A DNA stretch of 38,370 nucleotides from Eubacteriales bacterium (GTDB taxonomy: Bacteria > Bacillota > Clostridia > Oscillospirales > CAG-272): NCBI GenBank assembly GCA_045119135.1, contig JBGVCY010000114.1, forward strand, positions 1 through 38,370, in the 5' to 3' direction. The stretch's first letter is position 1. Each line of letters starts with the position of its first letter. The notes beneath the pieces were generated by a model. It was not told the DNA's origin and did not search any database. It was given only the letters and a program-made list of their open reading frames with translations. Shown piece by piece: positions 36,772-38,370 of this stretch. A program made the position numbers and the translations under genes.

Positions 36772-37197
36772 TTATTTAATCACGCAGGAAAGGCGTTGCA
36801 TACGCTCCATCGCGGCACGGAAAACGGTCTTGTCGTTTTCGTGTGCAAGACATTCCTCGGCGTGCTCGAGGGGGATCCACTCCACCTCGGCGATCTCACC
36901 CTCACGCGCGTGGATATCGGCGCTGGTGGTGAATGCCAGAAAATAGACGACCTCTTTCATCACGCCGGGCGCGGGACTGTACTGCACCGTGGCGCGGAAA
37001 TCCGAAACGATGGCAATACGGGACGAGGTCTCCTCCATCACCTCACGCATGGCGGTGATGTATTCGCTCTCGCCCTCCTCAACATGTCCCTTGGGGAAGG
37101 ATCGGTTGCCCCGCGGCTTATGTCGGATCATCAGAATGTAATAGCGATCCTCTTCGCGGCGCACCACAAGTGCGCCGCAGGATTTTTCCCAAACCAT
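36772..37197 (-). CDS. NUDIX hydrolase (Ap4A-hydrolase-like)
   Basis: EKSCGA, FPKGHVEEGESEYITAMREVMEET Nudix box; ATG 37197 after AAGGAGG. Confidence 0.92.
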   Translation of the reverse strand: MVWEKSCGALVVRREEDRYYILMIRHKPRGNRSFPKGHVEEGESEYITAMREVMEETSSRIAIVSDFRATVQYSPAPGVMKEVVYFLAFTTSADIHAREGEIAEVEWIPLEHAEECLAHENDKTVFRAAMERMQRLSCVIK

Positions 37198-37240
37198 TGA
37201 AACCTCCTTCATGGGGAACAGGCAGTGCTTGCAGGGCAAG

Positions 37241-38370
37241 TTACTGCTTGATCTCCTCCATTACAAAGGCCTCGAGAATATCGCCGACCTTGATATCGTT
37301 AAAGCGATCCAGACCGATGCCGCATTCGTAACCGTCGGCAACCTCCTTCACGTCGTCCTTGAAGCGGCGCAGAGAAGAAATCTTATCCTCAAAGATCACG
37401 ATGCCGTCACGCACTACGCGGATCTGCGATGCACGGGTGATTTTGCCGTCCTGCACGTACGAGCCTGCGATAAAGCCGACATTGGGAACGTGAATGGTCT
37501 GACGCACCTCGGCGTGACCCAGCACCACCTCTTGGAACTTGGGTGCCAGCATACCCTTCATGGCGGACTCGATCTCGTCGATGGCATCATAGATGACGCG
37601 GTAGAAGCGCATATCGACGTTGGCGCGGTGGCCGGAGGCCTGGGCGGCGGCGTCAGGACGGACGTTGAAGCCGACAATGATGGCACCGGAGGTGGAGGCC
37701 AGCAGCACGTCGGACTCGTTGATGGCGCCGACGCCTGCGTGGATGACCTTGACACGAACCTCCTCGTTGGAGATCTTCTCCAGGGAGGCGCGGACGGCCT
37801 CGGCGGAGCCCTGAACGTCGGCCTTGACGATCAGGTTCAGGGTCTTCATCTCGCCCTCCTGCATCCGGGCGAACAGATTGTCCAGGGTGACCTTCTGGTT
37901 CAGCTTGGCCAGGGCGTCCTTCTGAGCCTGCTTGCGCTGCTCCACCAGCTCACGGGCCATACGCTCGTCGGTGACGGCGTTGAACTCGTCGCCGGGAGCG
38001 GGAACGTCGGCCAGACCGGTGATCTCCACAGGCACAGAGGGGCCAGCGGTCTTGACGGTGCGGCCCTTATCGTTGGTCATGACACGGACACGGCCAACGG
38101 CGGTGCCGGCGATGACGATATCGCCCTGCTTCAGGGTGCCGTTCTGCACCAGCAGCGTGGCAACGGGGCCGCGGTTCTTGTCCAGACGGGCCTCGATGAC
38201 GGTGCCCTTGGCGCGGCGGTCGGGGTTGGCCTTCAGCTCCTGGACCTCAGCGGTCAGCAGGACCATTTCCAGCAGCTCATCCAGGCCCTGGCCGGTCTTG
38301 GCGGAGATGGGCACAATGATGGTATCGCCGCCCCACTCTTCGGGGATCAGGTCGTACTTGGTCAGCTGCT
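37241..38370 (-). CDS. infB: Translation initiation factor IF-2, 5'-truncated by the window edge
   Basis: [60 protein letters not shown]; frame stays open to the window end. Confidence 0.98.
   Translation of the reverse strand, partial: QLTKYDLIPEEWGGDTIIVPISAKTGQGLDELLEMVLLTAEVQELKANPDRRAKGTVIEARLDKNRGPVATLLVQNGTLKQGDIVIAGTAVGRVRVMTNDKGRTVKTAGPSVPVEITGLADVPAPGDEFNAVTDERMARELVEQRKQAQKDALAKLNQKVTLDNLFARMQEGEMKTLNLIVKADVQGSAEAVRASLEKISNEEVRVKVIHAGVGAINESDVLLASTSGAIIVGFNVRPDAAAQASGHRANVDMRFYRVIYDAIDEIESAMKGMLAPKFQEVVLGHAEVRQTIHVPNVGFIAGSYVQDGKITRASQIRVVRDGIVIFEDKISSLRRFKDDVKEVADGYECGIGLDRFNDIKVGDILEAFVMEEIKQ

Overview
Core-genome window from a spore-forming Firmicute (Clostridia-like: GC-rich codons, AT-rich intergenic DNA, many near-consensus sigma-A promoters). 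From left to right it contains: a membrane-anchored lamin-tail-domain surface protein missed by the ORF track, gpsA, a SPOCS/LysM spore-coat protein, an MFS transporter, tRNA-Leu(TAG), an ArsB-like permease, ddl plus an Amidase_6 gene, prmC, an orphan solute-binding lipoprotein, proA, a stand-alone four-gene cassette (aldolase::MptE-like fusion, HAD hydrolase, ThDP enzyme, SDR) that looks like branched-chain sugar biosynthesis, a glycogen operon (glgB-C-D-A-P, GH13 hydrolase, small unknown gene), holB-ricT/yaaT-ferredoxin-tRNA methylase, an antisense amidase, rsmI, asd, a small His/Cys lipoprotein, a NUDIX gene and the 3' part of infB. I saw no mobile elements or CRISPR arrays. The best leads are the four-gene sugar cassette with an operator-like palindrome, a RicT with a ~230-aa disordered Arg/Asn-rich N-terminus, two matching sigma-K-type promoters (before ddl and before the antisense amidase), and an abrupt codon-usage switch inside infB that suggests a chimera. 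All calls come from reading motifs by eye; no searches were run.
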